From: a virus
Direction: 5' to 3' (one strand)
Length of the DNA stretch: 64,000 bases
Virus record (IMG/VR): IMGVR_UViG_3300011114_001049
Span: 36,275-100,274 of that record
Part shown: positions 1 through 9,960 of the stretch, in pieces
Numbering within the stretch: the first letter of the stretch is position 1
How the letters are laid out: every line of letters starts with the position of its first letter
Notes under the pieces: generated by a model
Seen by the model: only the letters and a program-made list of their open reading frames with translations
The model's database searches: none
What the model was told of the DNA's origin: nothing
Made by a program: the position numbers and the translations under genes

Positions 1-1
1 G

Positions 2-343
2 TTTGCTAGAGAAAGACGGGAGATCTCTAAAATGTTAAAACATGAGTTAATTCATGTAGGCCAGTTACAGCGTAGACCTGAGGGAATGGCGCTAGGTGGT
101 GATGACATTAGGGACAAGACCGAATATCTATCAAACAAGGACGAGGTGATGGCGTTTTCTCATTCAGTAGTAGACGACTTGATTTCAATGGGAGCAACAA
201 GCGTTGATGCTGGCGTTAAGCTTTTACCTAGGTCTAGAATGTGGCAATGGATCAGTGATAAAGCAACTGACTCTGCATTAAAAAGATATCGTAAATACAT
301 TTATCTTTACCTTAAGTTAGAACTAGAAGAAGCGGTCGACTAG
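2..343 (+). CDS. 5'-truncated protein with HExxH motif (zincin-like metallopeptidase fold)
   Basis: Frame is open from the window edge; HELIH followed by a downstream 'DEVMAF' Glu. Confidence 0.5.
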   Translation, partial: FARERREISKMLKHELIHVGQLQRRPEGMALGGDDIRDKTEYLSNKDEVMAFSHSVVDDLISMGATSVDAGVKLLPRSRMWQWISDKATDSALKRYRKYIYLYLKLELEEAVD

Positions 344-346
344 TAA

Positions 347-523
347 CTAGTGTTCATCCCTCTCTTGACATTCAAGTATCATCAGCTGAAGCATCTTGTT
401 TTCTTCAACTAGGATTCTGCACTTATCTGCTTCGTTTACTACAGAAATAGATATAAGGTACCCGATAACTAAACCTATTATTGAACCCACTAAAGAGGCA
501 ATTAAACTTTCTTTCTTTGTCAT
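347..523 (-). CDS. small membrane protein (58 aa, not in ORF track)
   Basis: Manual translation MTKKESLIASLVGSIIGLVIGYLISISVV...; packs directly after 525..893. Confidence 0.6.
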   Translation of the reverse strand: MTKKESLIASLVGSIIGLVIGYLISISVVNEADKCRILVEENKMLQLMILECQERDEH

Positions 524-524
524 T

Positions 525-893
525 TTACTCTATTTTAAAATTAATTATTTGTCGAAACTCTCGGTCGGTGAGCATAATACACTTAGCCATAAGATCAAGA
601 ATAGCATCAAAGGTCTCAGGGTATTTCTCCTTAAGACCAGACGCTCCATTTAAAAATTCAAAGGTTGGTATTTTACTGTTTAGGTATACAACTAAATCTA
701 CCAAGACTGGTTGCATCCATCTGCTTGTCATCTTATCGTTATTTTTACAGGCATCAATGAATTCTTCCATAGTCATTATACGAGTTACATTCCTTTCAGG
801 ATCGTCTATATGTGTGAATACAAAGTCAGGCTCTTGCATAGAACTAGCTTCAACTACATATCGATTGTATGCTAATTTAATTATATTTTTCAT
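525..893 (-). CDS. hypothetical protein
   Basis: Tightly packed minus-strand operon with ATGA overlap. Confidence 0.7.
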   Translation of the reverse strand: MKNIIKLAYNRYVVEASSMQEPDFVFTHIDDPERNVTRIMTMEEFIDACKNNDKMTSRWMQPVLVDLVVYLNSKIPTFEFLNGASGLKEKYPETFDAILDLMAKCIMLTDREFRQIINFKIE

Positions 894-1117
894 TTTTGTG
901 CAGGTTTAGTTCCATATAATTTAATAAGTAACTCAGCATTTTTATCTAATTTTTTAAGCTCATACATCATTTCTTCAGCATAGACCATTGCCATTTCAGC
1001 TACCATCTCAGACTTTATGTTTGGATTAGGATTTGCAAGTAGTCCACGCAACGCTTCACCTGCAAAATATTCTAATTTACTAATAGTTAGTTCTACTCCT
1101 TCTATTTTTGCTTTCAT
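890..1117 (-). CDS. hypothetical phage protein (EYFAGEALRGLLAN motif)
   Basis: Motif typical of small phage proteins; operon packing. Confidence 0.7.
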   Translation of the reverse strand: MKAKIEGVELTISKLEYFAGEALRGLLANPNPNIKSEMVAEMAMVYAEEMMYELKKLDKNAELLIKLYGTKPAQK

Positions 1118-1132
1118 ACTGCTACTCTGTTT

Positions 1133-1429
1133 TTAGTTATTACTTTCAGGAAAGTCACTAAACTTTAATCCCCACATCAAGCCGACCCATGCCATTTCCT
1201 TTTCGGCATATTTTAAATTCATCTTAAGATTTTTTACAAGATATGTTTTACCCCATTCTTTCCATTCTTCGTGTTGAGACATAGTCATTGTCCATTGGGC
1301 GTACCAATCATCTTTACGATCTTTGATGTCTTCGTAAGTTACTTCATGTCCAGCAATCCTGAACATTTCGTTGATCAAATCAACGATAGACTTGTCTATT
1401 TTTTCTTGTTTGCTTAATCTTTTAGCCAT
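1133..1429 (-). CDS. hypothetical protein
   Basis: ORF in operon. Confidence 0.7.
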   Translation of the reverse strand: MAKRLSKQEKIDKSIVDLINEMFRIAGHEVTYEDIKDRKDDWYAQWTMTMSQHEEWKEWGKTYLVKNLKMNLKYAEKEMAWVGLMWGLKFSDFPESNN

Positions 1430-2115
1430 TTTATTTCATTTGTTATTTTATCCCATTCAAAACTAACAGGTAAGTTAGTGTAACTATATCTTTCGTTTAA
1501 TATTGATGCATTAATAAAGTGGGTGTGACCATTATAATAATAACCAGCACCTCCATGTATATGTCCAAACACGTGAATTTTTGGTTTGATTTCGTCTACT
1601 CGATAACGCAGCACTTCGCAACCTACTCGTATACTTTGTCCTCCTGGAATATCTAGATGTCCAAACGGCGGTCCATGAGTAACAAGAATATCAGTATCTT
1701 CAGGTATTGCATCCCATCGAGCTTTAAGTTCTTCACCATTTCGTGGAAGATTAAAAGCCCAATTATAGAACTCTGGTTGCCAAGGTGAACCGTATAGTTT
1801 AACTGACGAGTCATCGTCTATATCATAGAGAGCAAAGTCTTCGTCTTCAAGATAAATTAGATTCGTATAGCCTGCGATGGTTAACCGACTCCAAGTAGGA
1901 TCGTTCTCTATAATACGATCGTGGTTCCCGGCAATAAAAACCTTCTTATCATAACCTTTTATTGAACTAAACCAATCTAAAAATTCAGTCGCTTCTCTTT
2001 TGTGGTATCCGCTATTCATAAAATCACCAGCATGTATTAGTAGATCGCCGCCTGGTAAATCTGATTCACAATATCGATGCTTAGAGTGTGTGTCTGAGAT
2101 GGCTGTTATTATCAT
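1414..2115 (-). CDS. calcineurin-like metallophosphoesterase
   Basis: SDTH, HAGD, GNHD, THGPP and GHIH motifs. Confidence 0.9.
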   Translation of the reverse strand: MIITAISDTHSKHRYCESDLPGGDLLIHAGDFMNSGYHKREATEFLDWFSSIKGYDKKVFIAGNHDRIIENDPTWSRLTIAGYTNLIYLEDEDFALYDIDDDSSVKLYGSPWQPEFYNWAFNLPRNGEELKARWDAIPEDTDILVTHGPPFGHLDIPGGQSIRVGCEVLRYRVDEIKPKIHVFGHIHGGAGYYYNGHTHFINASILNERYSYTNLPVSFEWDKITNEIKWLKD

Positions 2116-2732
2116 GACTCTGTTTTTTCTAACTCTTTTAATTGTTTTTCTAATCTACTAATGCTGCCTCGAATAATACTAGCATTTGGATCTAATGCTT
2201 TAATCTCTTCAATTAGCTCAGATTGCCGGCCTTTGTCATAGAATCCATGTTCAATCCAATCAGCTAGGTCTTGTATGTGCTGTGGTGCGTGAACACTAAT
2301 TCGTAAGTCGTAATCTTGCCATTTGGTTTTCCAATCAACAAACGCAATACCTTTAGTTAATTTCCTAAGCAGATTATGTAGGGTCCAATTACGAACTCTA
2401 ACAATTGAACGGTCGCTACCGAATACGTGTAGGAAACGGAGAAACCATCGGGTGCACCATTTTGGTTTTGCTTCATGATCCATTGCTAATACTAATGGAT
2501 AAAGTGCTTTAAAATAAACACCATCTTCGTTCCATAATTGTGTTCCTAAATAACCATATTTTTCAAATCCTTTAGGAAAAAATATGTAACGAAAATCATC
2601 CAGCTTAATCTTACGAGTGTGTATCATACCTTTCTTACGACCTTTCCAAAAGAGAATAGAATACTTAAGACTAGTCAGACGTTCTTTAAATGTTGGTGAT
2701 TTATAAAATTTACTATTTTTATCTGTTTTCAT
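2112..2732 (-). CDS. hypothetical protein
   Basis: 206-aa ORF with ATGA overlap. Confidence 0.7.
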   Translation of the reverse strand: MKTDKNSKFYKSPTFKERLTSLKYSILFWKGRKKGMIHTRKIKLDDFRYIFFPKGFEKYGYLGTQLWNEDGVYFKALYPLVLAMDHEAKPKWCTRWFLRFLHVFGSDRSIVRVRNWTLHNLLRKLTKGIAFVDWKTKWQDYDLRISVHAPQHIQDLADWIEHGFYDKGRQSELIEEIKALDPNASIIRGSISRLEKQLKELEKTES

Positions 2733-2742
2733 ATGTGAATTA

Positions 2743-3279
2743 TTACATGTTAACTAATGAGATTGAACTAGATGCAGTTGGATAATCTAATAAATTATCT
2801 GCAAGTGCTGAGTCTTTTGTCTTAGCTAAATCTATTTTTTGTTGCTGCCAGTGCTCAGTAAGAGATGCATCAGTAAATAAACCTTCTGGAAATACATCTA
2901 CCATAATGTCATCGAATTCCATAGTTTCTTTACCTGCCTTCTTAAATGCGTATGCCAGATAATATGCATAACTAACTGCAATTCCTGGAGTTCCGCTAAC
3001 TAGTCCAAAAAAGATTAGAGTTTTTTCATCTAGGTTAAGGCCTATCGATTTTGCTCTAGATTCAAGTATCTCAATATTTCCTGTTATCTTCCTAGAAGAA
3101 GCTAACATCTCTTTGACTTTAGAAACATCACTTAACACTAGTGCAAGTAGCACAGACATCATACTTTCACTTAATGGCTCCGTGCTTCCAGAATTTTCTA
3201 GTTTTTTACAAAATAACTTTTCAACTGCTTCTGGATTCTCAGTCTCAATATAAGCTATCCTTTTTATGTTCTTTTTCAT
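2743..3279 (-). CDS. hypothetical protein (start probably ATG 3279, MKKNIK)
   Basis: The upstream extension in the track is AT-rich intergenic sequence. Confidence 0.65.
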   Translation of the reverse strand: MKKNIKRIAYIETENPEAVEKLFCKKLENSGSTEPLSESMMSVLLALVLSDVSKVKEMLASSRKITGNIEILESRAKSIGLNLDEKTLIFFGLVSGTPGIAVSYAYYLAYAFKKAGKETMEFDDIMVDVFPEGLFTDASLTEHWQQQKIDLAKTKDSALADNLLDYPTASSSISLVNM

Positions 3280-3341
3280 ATTGCTAATATACATAATCAA
3301 ATACACAAAATAAACAAATAGATAAAACAAACAACTAAATT

Positions 3342-3932
3342 ATGAATTATACAAGAGAACAGATTGAAAAGGCAGTTAAAGCTAAAGGCTATGTTTGGTT
3401 CGAAGGCGCAAAAGATTATGATGTTAATATTGTAGGGGTTAGAACTTCTTCGACTGGTCAAAAGGTAACAAATGCATTTGATGATGTTATCACAGTATCA
3501 TTCAAGATCAATGGTGTGTGGCAATACAAAGAATGGGCAAATACTACAGATCCTGGTAAAAAAGGAGTTTTAGAATATCATAATACAGCAGGTGTCGCTC
3601 GTCTAGTAGAAGGACAGTACAGGGGATCACATACGATTAGGCTACACCAAGGTAAATATGAGGCTCTAGGTCAAGCAAAAAACGTTAAAGTTTATAGAGA
3701 CGCAAACAAAGACCTGAACTATGATGAAACTAAGATTCAGGAAGGAGTCTTTGGGATTAACATTCATAAAGCTGGAGCTGATTCTACTTATGTGGAAAAC
3801 TGGTCTGAAGGCTGTCAAGTATTTAAGAAATCTGCAGACTTTGAAGAATTTATGAAGATCTGTAGAAAGGCAAGAGACATTCATGGAAACTCTTTTACCT
3901 ACACCTTGATTGAGTCATCAGACATAAAATGA
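3342..3932 (+). CDS. putative peptidoglycan-active enzyme/endolysin, YkuD (L,D-transpeptidase)-like
   Basis: GINIH...WSEGCQV resembles the H-x(n)-S-x-G-C catalytic motif. Confidence 0.6.
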   Translation: MNYTREQIEKAVKAKGYVWFEGAKDYDVNIVGVRTSSTGQKVTNAFDDVITVSFKINGVWQYKEWANTTDPGKKGVLEYHNTAGVARLVEGQYRGSHTIRLHQGKYEALGQAKNVKVYRDANKDLNYDETKIQEGVFGINIHKAGADSTYVENWSEGCQVFKKSADFEEFMKICRKARDIHGNSFTYTLIESSDIK

Positions 3933-3986
3933 TTAGTTAAGATTAAAGGACACTCAGCACTAAATAAATAAATGAAAATAAGATAG

Positions 3987-6722
3987 ATGAAATTTTTTGA
4001 TTGGGGTCACGAATCAAGTGAACAGAAAAAACACCGTTCATTCATAGAAGAACAGGCACTGCTTGAACAGGCAATTAATAATGCACGCAGTCGCAGCGGA
4101 AACACCCCAGGAGTCGGCGGTGGTAGTGTCGTAAACATCACTAATCAGACTGCACTAGTTGTTTTTAAGGAGATTGGCTCTACTAACTATCAGTATTACA
4201 TCGCAAACAATGCGAGCGGAGCAATCAATGGCCCGTTTGATACTGGAGTTGCACAGGCTGATTACAGCATAGGTGATTTAACTACTGGAACAATACAGTA
4301 TGGCGGATATACATTAAGATTCTATCGGGGAGATATCAATGAGAATAAAATAATTTTTATTGATTCCACTGGGATGGTAGTAGATACTATAACTGCAATC
4401 ACAGTTGATGCTACAATGGTCAGTAACAGCGGTCGATTCATCACAGTGACTGATTATGACGCTGGACTCTTGTGGATCTTTGATGGGACTACTGTGCTTA
4501 CTGATGAGACTGCTTTCACCGGAACTGTTAGCTTTGACCTTGACGATGCTTATCTTGATGGCGTCGGCATGTCGACTATCTCAGCTGGAGGTGTTTATAA
4601 GTATTACATCTGCAACTCGACCAACTTAACTAAAATCTATGAGACTACTGATCCTGTTAATACTATCATTTTCAACACGTATTTTAATGCAAATAAAGTA
4701 ATAGTTAAAACAATCAATGGTGGCGGTCTATTGATAAAACTAGAAGTAGTTTCCTTGACTGGAACGATTGAAGAGACTATAACGATTGATCCAGTAGTTT
4801 ATACTGCACACGACTTTTATTTCTATGGAAGTGGTAGTTGGTTCTTACACCTAAGAAACGGTGGTGACCTAACGGTCGAACATCGTGTCTATAACTATGA
4901 TGGAACTACAAATACACTAGACTATATCTCGGTTGATGCTGAAGTACACACCAACTGGGACTATGTGTATCGCAGTAGGTACCTAAGCTCTAGCTACTCT
5001 TACCCTGTAGTTGAGAATGCGGCGATCGTGTTTTATGGTGAGACGTTCAGCAATGCTAATGGTTTCCTTGAAATAGATGAGTGCAGAATAGTTAACTTTT
5101 TTGCAGGTAATCTACCATCTTATTTTGATTTCGCAGACGGCGAAAGTAAAAGGATCTATTTAAGCGATGAAGGAGTAAACAAAAACTTTTTCCTCTATGT
5201 AGTCGACAACGATAACGATGGCACAATATCTTCACTAGTAATAAAGGCAGGAGTCGCACCAATCGTTACTAATCTTGCAAACACGATCATTGACTTAGAT
5301 GATATTGATATCAATGAAGTAGGAGAAAAAATAAACATAATAGTTGAATATTCTTCTGGCGAACCTGTGACACTCGATACCTATGTTTATGCTTATTCTG
5401 CAAATGGGTTAAAGTTACCAGGTAGACTTGAGCTTGATACTGATGCTCAGTCATATCTGTCAAGCTACAACACTTACATAGTAGAAGGAGACAGTAACTA
5501 TAATTTTATCAATTCTACGACTGGCGTATGGTCGCAATACCAAGCATACAATAGTGAATTAACTTCTGACTTTTTTACTCAAGCAGATCAGACTCGTGCC
5601 CCTTACGTATTTACGTATGGAGATAATGTAGTTCTGTACACACACACTCAATTATCTGTAGAAAACGATGGTGAAGAACCTGGAACCTTTATAATGGATG
5701 GGACAGTCGCAGCAGGCAATGACAAGTTCGGTTCAGGTTCTAGTTATTTCACTAACCTTTATCCTGGGTTATTTGTACTAGCTGCAAAATCAATCGATAT
5801 TTCTAGCTTCAAAATATCTGGAGATCTTGGTTCAGACGGCAGCGGTGATTTTAGTACAGATATATTGCCAATCTCAAGTTATTCCAAGACTTACACTGCA
5901 TATATCAAAACAGTAGGTGGAACTGGGGATCCTTCAGTTAATCATATAATCATAATCGACACAGACGGTACTGGTGTTTCTCACAATTTTGACGAGACAA
6001 ACGAAGATGACTATCATGAAATAACAGGAATCAGTGCTGCTACTGAGATTCACTACCTGCTTTTTGCTAAGGATGCTGGAGTGGAGGCAACTGAACTTGA
6101 GATAACTGACGTGATAACTGAATATTTAGACCTAGTAGATGGTGCTAATATTGCTACTACCTTATCTACTCTGAACCTTAACTACTCTAACATCACTGAC
6201 ATCTTTCCAGCATACGATTCTGGCGAGCCTGGTCAAATTTATTATTTTAGCGACTATGGCGGTGGTCAATATAACAGAATTGGGGATGGAGGCAACGATA
6301 TGTATGATACGGGAAACATAATCACAACAAGTGTTACTGCTCCATCCCCAATTAGAGTATTCAACGGGACAGGTTCGGTCAATTCATATTCTATTCCTCA
6401 GTTTGACGGGTTTGCTCTAGGTAAAAATAGAATGATCGTTTGGAACGAGGCTCAAGCACAGGATCTTACGATTAGACACTATTCCATACAAGGTAGCTTA
6501 TTAAATACTGTGAGTATTCCACAGCCAGACATTCAATTTTCAGCGTATGTTGAGGACCGCGGACTAGTCATAGTTCGAGATAAGATATTCGATGGAGGCA
6601 TATATTATAACGCCAGACTGTATTTGTTCTCTCCTTTTGGAGTAGACTATGTTGAAGCCAACTTACCTGACGAAAACAACGCCCGTATTATATTGAATGA
6701 CTGGGGTTGGTTTAATGATTAA
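3987..6722 (+). CDS. large acidic beta-rich protein, probable virion surface/decoration protein; paralog of 8774..9703
   Basis: Shared N-terminus (WGxESxEQK...EEQAL.EQA...PGVGG) and shared YTHTQ...YFTN.YPGLF domain; late motif upstream. Confidence 0.6.
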   Translation: MKFFDWGHESSEQKKHRSFIEEQALLEQAINNARSRSGNTPGVGGGSVVNITNQTALVVFKEIGSTNYQYYIANNASGAINGPFDTGVAQADYSIGDLTTGTIQYGGYTLRFYRGDINENKIIFIDSTGMVVDTITAITVDATMVSNSGRFITVTDYDAGLLWIFDGTTVLTDETAFTGTVSFDLDDAYLDGVGMSTISAGGVYKYYICNSTNLTKIYETTDPVNTIIFNTYFNANKVIVKTINGGGLLIKLEVVSLTGTIEETITIDPVVYTAHDFYFYGSGSWFLHLRNGGDLTVEHRVYNYDGTTNTLDYISVDAEVHTNWDYVYRSRYLSSSYSYPVVENAAIVFYGETFSNANGFLEIDECRIVNFFAGNLPSYFDFADGESKRIYLSDEGVNKNFFLYVVDNDNDGTISSLVIKAGVAPIVTNLANTIIDLDDIDINEVGEKINIIVEYSSGEPVTLDTYVYAYSANGLKLPGRLELDTDAQSYLSSYNTYIVEGDSNYNFINSTTGVWSQYQAYNSELTSDFFTQADQTRAPYVFTYGDNVVLYTHTQLSVENDGEEPGTFIMDGTVAAGNDKFGSGSSYFTNLYPGLFVLAAKSIDISSFKISGDLGSDGSGDFSTDILPISSYSKTYTAYIKTVGGTGDPSVNHIIIIDTDGTGVSHNFDETNEDDYHEITGISAATEIHYLLFAKDAGVEATELEITDVITEYLDLVDGANIATTLSTLNLNYSNITDIFPAYDSGEPGQIYYFSDYGGGQYNRIGDGGNDMYDTGNIITTSVTAPSPIRVFNGTGSVNSYSIPQFDGFALGKNRMIVWNEAQAQDLTIRHYSIQGSLLNTVSIPQPDIQFSAYVEDRGLVIVRDKIFDGGIYYNARLYLFSPFGVDYVEANLPDENNARIILNDWGWFND

Positions 6723-6738
6723 AATAACATTTAGATAG

Positions 6739-6996
6739 ATGAAAAGAGTTTGTATATTAAGTACTACTGAAAATGTGGTGGAGGCTAGGGAGATAGCAAA
6801 AGAAATAACGAACGGCGACGTTTTAAAAGTTCCAGCATCTAAGAAAGGTGAAGAACCTGCAACACACTGGTTCTGTTGCCTTTCCACCACAGAAGATGGT
6901 TTTGAAAAGCTTCTTGAATTAAGGAAGAACAGCATCATTGAGGAGGCAGGTCCAAAAGAATTCTTATCAAGGTGGAAGTTGACAATCATAAAGTAG
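6739..6996 (+). CDS. hypothetical protein
   Basis: ORF in operon. Confidence 0.65.
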   Translation: MKRVCILSTTENVVEAREIAKEITNGDVLKVPASKKGEEPATHWFCCLSTTEDGFEKLLELRKNSIIEEAGPKEFLSRWKLTIIK

Positions 6997-7604
6997 CTAG
7001 AAGCTTTATTTGCGAAGACGAAGCTCAACTGCTGATAAACTGGATCGAAGGAATAGCTTACACCGATACTACAGTCAATCACCATCTTACTGAACTAGCA
7101 AAAGAATTAAATGGTGTCTCCCACATCTATGACGTCTCAAAGACTGAGATGACTAATTACATAACAAGTTATCAAAAGTTAGCAAAGAGCTCTGGCGAAT
7201 ACATTCCAGAACTAGTGTATGATTTAATCAGTAGGATAGCATATACTCTTAATCTTCCTACAAACAACGTATTCTTTCAGGCAGTCGACATGAAAAAAGG
7301 TGGTAAGATAAATCCGCATTATGATGCGTCAGTTGATGGTTACATCAACTATAAGTGCAACCTATGTTTACTGTCAGATGAATACACTTTTCACGTAGAT
7401 GGAACTGAATTTCATATCAACACTGGAGATCTATATTGTTTTGAGGCATCTCTTTACAAGCATTGGACAGACGTTTTTAACTCACGACGAGTCTTTATAA
7501 GTTTTGGTTTTCTAGTACCATATGAAACGTTGGGCAGAGAGATAGATGACCCAAGAATTAGATTAAGCAGAAGGATCGAAAAGTATTTTCAAAAGCTAAA
7601 TTAA
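6972..7604 (+). CDS. 2OG-Fe(II) oxygenase
   Basis: HYD...H...R facial triad and 2OG-binding Arg pattern. Confidence 0.8.
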   Translation: MEVDNHKVARSFICEDEAQLLINWIEGIAYTDTTVNHHLTELAKELNGVSHIYDVSKTEMTNYITSYQKLAKSSGEYIPELVYDLISRIAYTLNLPTNNVFFQAVDMKKGGKINPHYDASVDGYINYKCNLCLLSDEYTFHVDGTEFHINTGDLYCFEASLYKHWTDVFNSRRVFISFGFLVPYETLGREIDDPRIRLSRRIEKYFQKLN

Positions 7605-7647
7605 TTTAGTATTGTTACACTTTATTAATTGAACTTAAATAAAACAC

Positions 7648-7797
7648 ATGACACAATTAGAAGAAGCACAGCAGGAGCTGATCGACTTGCTAACATCACA
7701 AGTAGTAGACTTAACGATGATGTCTAAAATTGAATTAGGAGATGACGTGATTGCTGAGATTAAAAGAATTAGAGAAAAAATTAAAAAGATAAAGTAA
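7648..7797 (+). CDS. small hypothetical protein (49 aa, not in track)
   Basis: MTQLEEAQQELIDLL...; TAATG overlap with the next gene. Confidence 0.6.
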   Translation: MTQLEEAQQELIDLLTSQVVDLTMMSKIELGDDVIAEIKRIREKIKKIK

Positions 7798-8504
7798 TGC
7801 AAAAAACAATAACTTGGTCAGGATATGAGTGGTTAACTCAAGAACGATGGGGAGATATCCACCCTGATAAAACATATAACTGGTATGATCCTAGTGCTGT
7901 TGAGATTAAAGGTGAAGACTTAATCCTAAAAACACAGTACAATCCTAAAGAATTTACAGTTAATGAAAAGAAAATTGTAAGTAATTATGGAGTCGGTCTA
8001 GTTTCTAATACAACTAAATTTGGTTATGGTTATTTTGAAATAGAAGCAAAGCTGCCAACTAGTAGAAACCTTTGGCCTGCTTTCTGGATGTGGTCATTTG
8101 ATACCTGGCCACCAGAAATAGATATTCTTGAAGCTTACAGTTCTATAAAAATACCGTCTTATTTTAAGATATATTTAGATTCATTGCTTGGTTTTTGGAA
8201 TGTTCAAACAAACTATCATTACGAAACAAAAGATAAGAGAGGATCGATCGGAGGTAAGACACACTGGTTTGGATTTAAAAACCCGCAGAAGAACTTTATT
8301 AAATATGGCTGTTTATGGGAAGAACATCAGATTGTTTTTTATTACAACGGAAGAGTGGTTAGAACAATTAAGGACAAGACAATACTAAGTAGCCTTAAAG
8401 ATGCTAAAATGAATGTCATAATAAACAACCATATCAGAGAAGATATTGGTAATTTCGGCTCATCAGAGTTTACTATAAAAAGCTTTAAATATACAAACAT
8501 ATGA
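7797..8504 (+). CDS. glycoside hydrolase family 16
   Basis: WPAFW and EIDILE catalytic motif. Confidence 0.9.
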   Translation: MQKTITWSGYEWLTQERWGDIHPDKTYNWYDPSAVEIKGEDLILKTQYNPKEFTVNEKKIVSNYGVGLVSNTTKFGYGYFEIEAKLPTSRNLWPAFWMWSFDTWPPEIDILEAYSSIKIPSYFKIYLDSLLGFWNVQTNYHYETKDKRGSIGGKTHWFGFKNPQKNFIKYGCLWEEHQIVFYYNGRVVRTIKDKTILSSLKDAKMNVIINNHIREDIGNFGSSEFTIKSFKYTNI

Positions 8505-8767
8505 AAACATTAAAATCAACTATCGTAGGTGTAGCTGTTGTTGCAACTCTAGGATTAACATTAGTAACGTGCACTAATAAAAAATACAAGTATAAAATTA
8601 AGGGGCAAGTGAGAGTTCCTAAGTCAGATACTACTATATTACATGATGCTATTTGGTATACTGACACCATCAGCTTTGACGAAGATACTGCTTATTATTT
8701 TAACAGCGATGGCTCAGAAGTTAGGATACATCCGCCTTTTATTTTGATAAATAATACCAAAAAATAA
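8501..8767 (+). CDS. secreted or lipoprotein-like hypothetical protein
   Basis: Hydrophobic signal ending LVTC. Confidence 0.55.
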   Translation: MKTLKSTIVGVAVVATLGLTLVTCTNKKYKYKIKGQVRVPKSDTTILHDAIWYTDTISFDEDTAYYFNSDGSEVRIHPPFILINNTKK

Positions 8768-8773
8768 ACTATT

Positions 8774-9703
8774 ATGACTTTTATAAATTGGGGCAGTGAG
8801 TCTGAAGAACAAAAAAATTACAGGAGGTTTTTAGAAGAGCAGGCCCTTTTCGAGCAGGCAGTAAACGCAAGTCGGGCAAGAGGCGGTCAGTCTCCTGGGG
8901 TAGGAGGAAGCGGTAGTATTATCGAAAGTTTAGCAGAAATAAGCATAGAAACTATTTTAGCTAATCTTAATTTAAGATATTCTGAAGTTACAGAATTAGT
9001 CCCAAACATATATAATTTTTGGGATGATTATACTAAAGACGACGACGAAAACCCTATGTCTGGAATAAATGATGGTGGTGATGACATGTATGATGGCGGA
9101 AACTATATGAATACTAATCTTACTGCAACTTGGGACGATATTAAAGATGGAGAAATTGATGACGATGCTATACTTGCAGCAGCAAGTATACCATATACTC
9201 ATACTCAAGCAGACGATGAGGAAGACGATCCAACTCAATATTATAACCCGCCTATGGACGGTGCAGTTCAGTTAGGGGACTCTTATTTTGGCGCGGGCTC
9301 TAAATATTTTACGAATATGTATCCTGGTTTATTTATAATGGTTGCAGATAATATTTCTATCTCTGAATTTAATATTAGTGGTGATGTAGGATCTGATGGT
9401 GAAGGAGTTAGCGCAGGATATATCGAGTCAATTGTTCCTGGCTGGACTCTTTTTTATAAAAATAATACAGATGAAGATAACGAAGATCCTTCAATTAATC
9501 AGTTAATTTTAGTACCTGGTAATTCTGATGGGATTACTCAAGAATATGACGATTCGTCAGAATACGATGACCATAGAATATCAGGAATAGGTAATAGAGG
9601 TAGATTAATATATGCAGTTGTTGCTCGACATCCAGACGAAGACGTATTATCTGAATCTGATGCTATTTTAGTGGCGCAAAAAATACTAGAGATAATTCTT
9701 TAA
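8774..9703 (+). CDS. acidic protein, paralog of 3987..6722 (circularly permuted domain)
   Basis: Same N-terminal ~45 aa and same domain blocks in a different order. Confidence 0.65.
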   Translation: MTFINWGSESEEQKNYRRFLEEQALFEQAVNASRARGGQSPGVGGSGSIIESLAEISIETILANLNLRYSEVTELVPNIYNFWDDYTKDDDENPMSGINDGGDDMYDGGNYMNTNLTATWDDIKDGEIDDDAILAAASIPYTHTQADDEEDDPTQYYNPPMDGAVQLGDSYFGAGSKYFTNMYPGLFIMVADNISISEFNISGDVGSDGEGVSAGYIESIVPGWTLFYKNNTDEDNEDPSINQLILVPGNSDGITQEYDDSSEYDDHRISGIGNRGRLIYAVVARHPDEDVLSESDAILVAQKILEIIL

Positions 9704-9772
9704 TAAGTTTTTTATACTAGAAAAAATAGATTGAATTACTAAATAAATAATTAAAATAGGCGCTGAATAAAA

Positions 9773-9919
9773 ATGGCATCAACTAAAAAATTATTAACTA
9801 ATAACACGTTAACTTCAAGCTCTCGTAAAAAGAGACCAGGAATACACGCAAAGACCAAGCGTAGCTTTTCTAAAAAGAGCAAAAATTGGGCTAAGCAGTA
9901 TAGGGGTCAGGGAAAATAA
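9773..9919 (+). CDS. small basic protein ending YRGQGK (48 aa, not in track)
   Basis: MASTKKLLTNNTLTSSSRKKRPGIHAKTKRSFSKKSKNWAKQYRGQGK; own AATAAATAA motif at 9742. Confidence 0.75.
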   Translation: MASTKKLLTNNTLTSSSRKKRPGIHAKTKRSFSKKSKNWAKQYRGQGK

Positions 9920-9960
9920 ATTGCAGTATTAAATAAATAACTAAAATAATAAAAATACTA

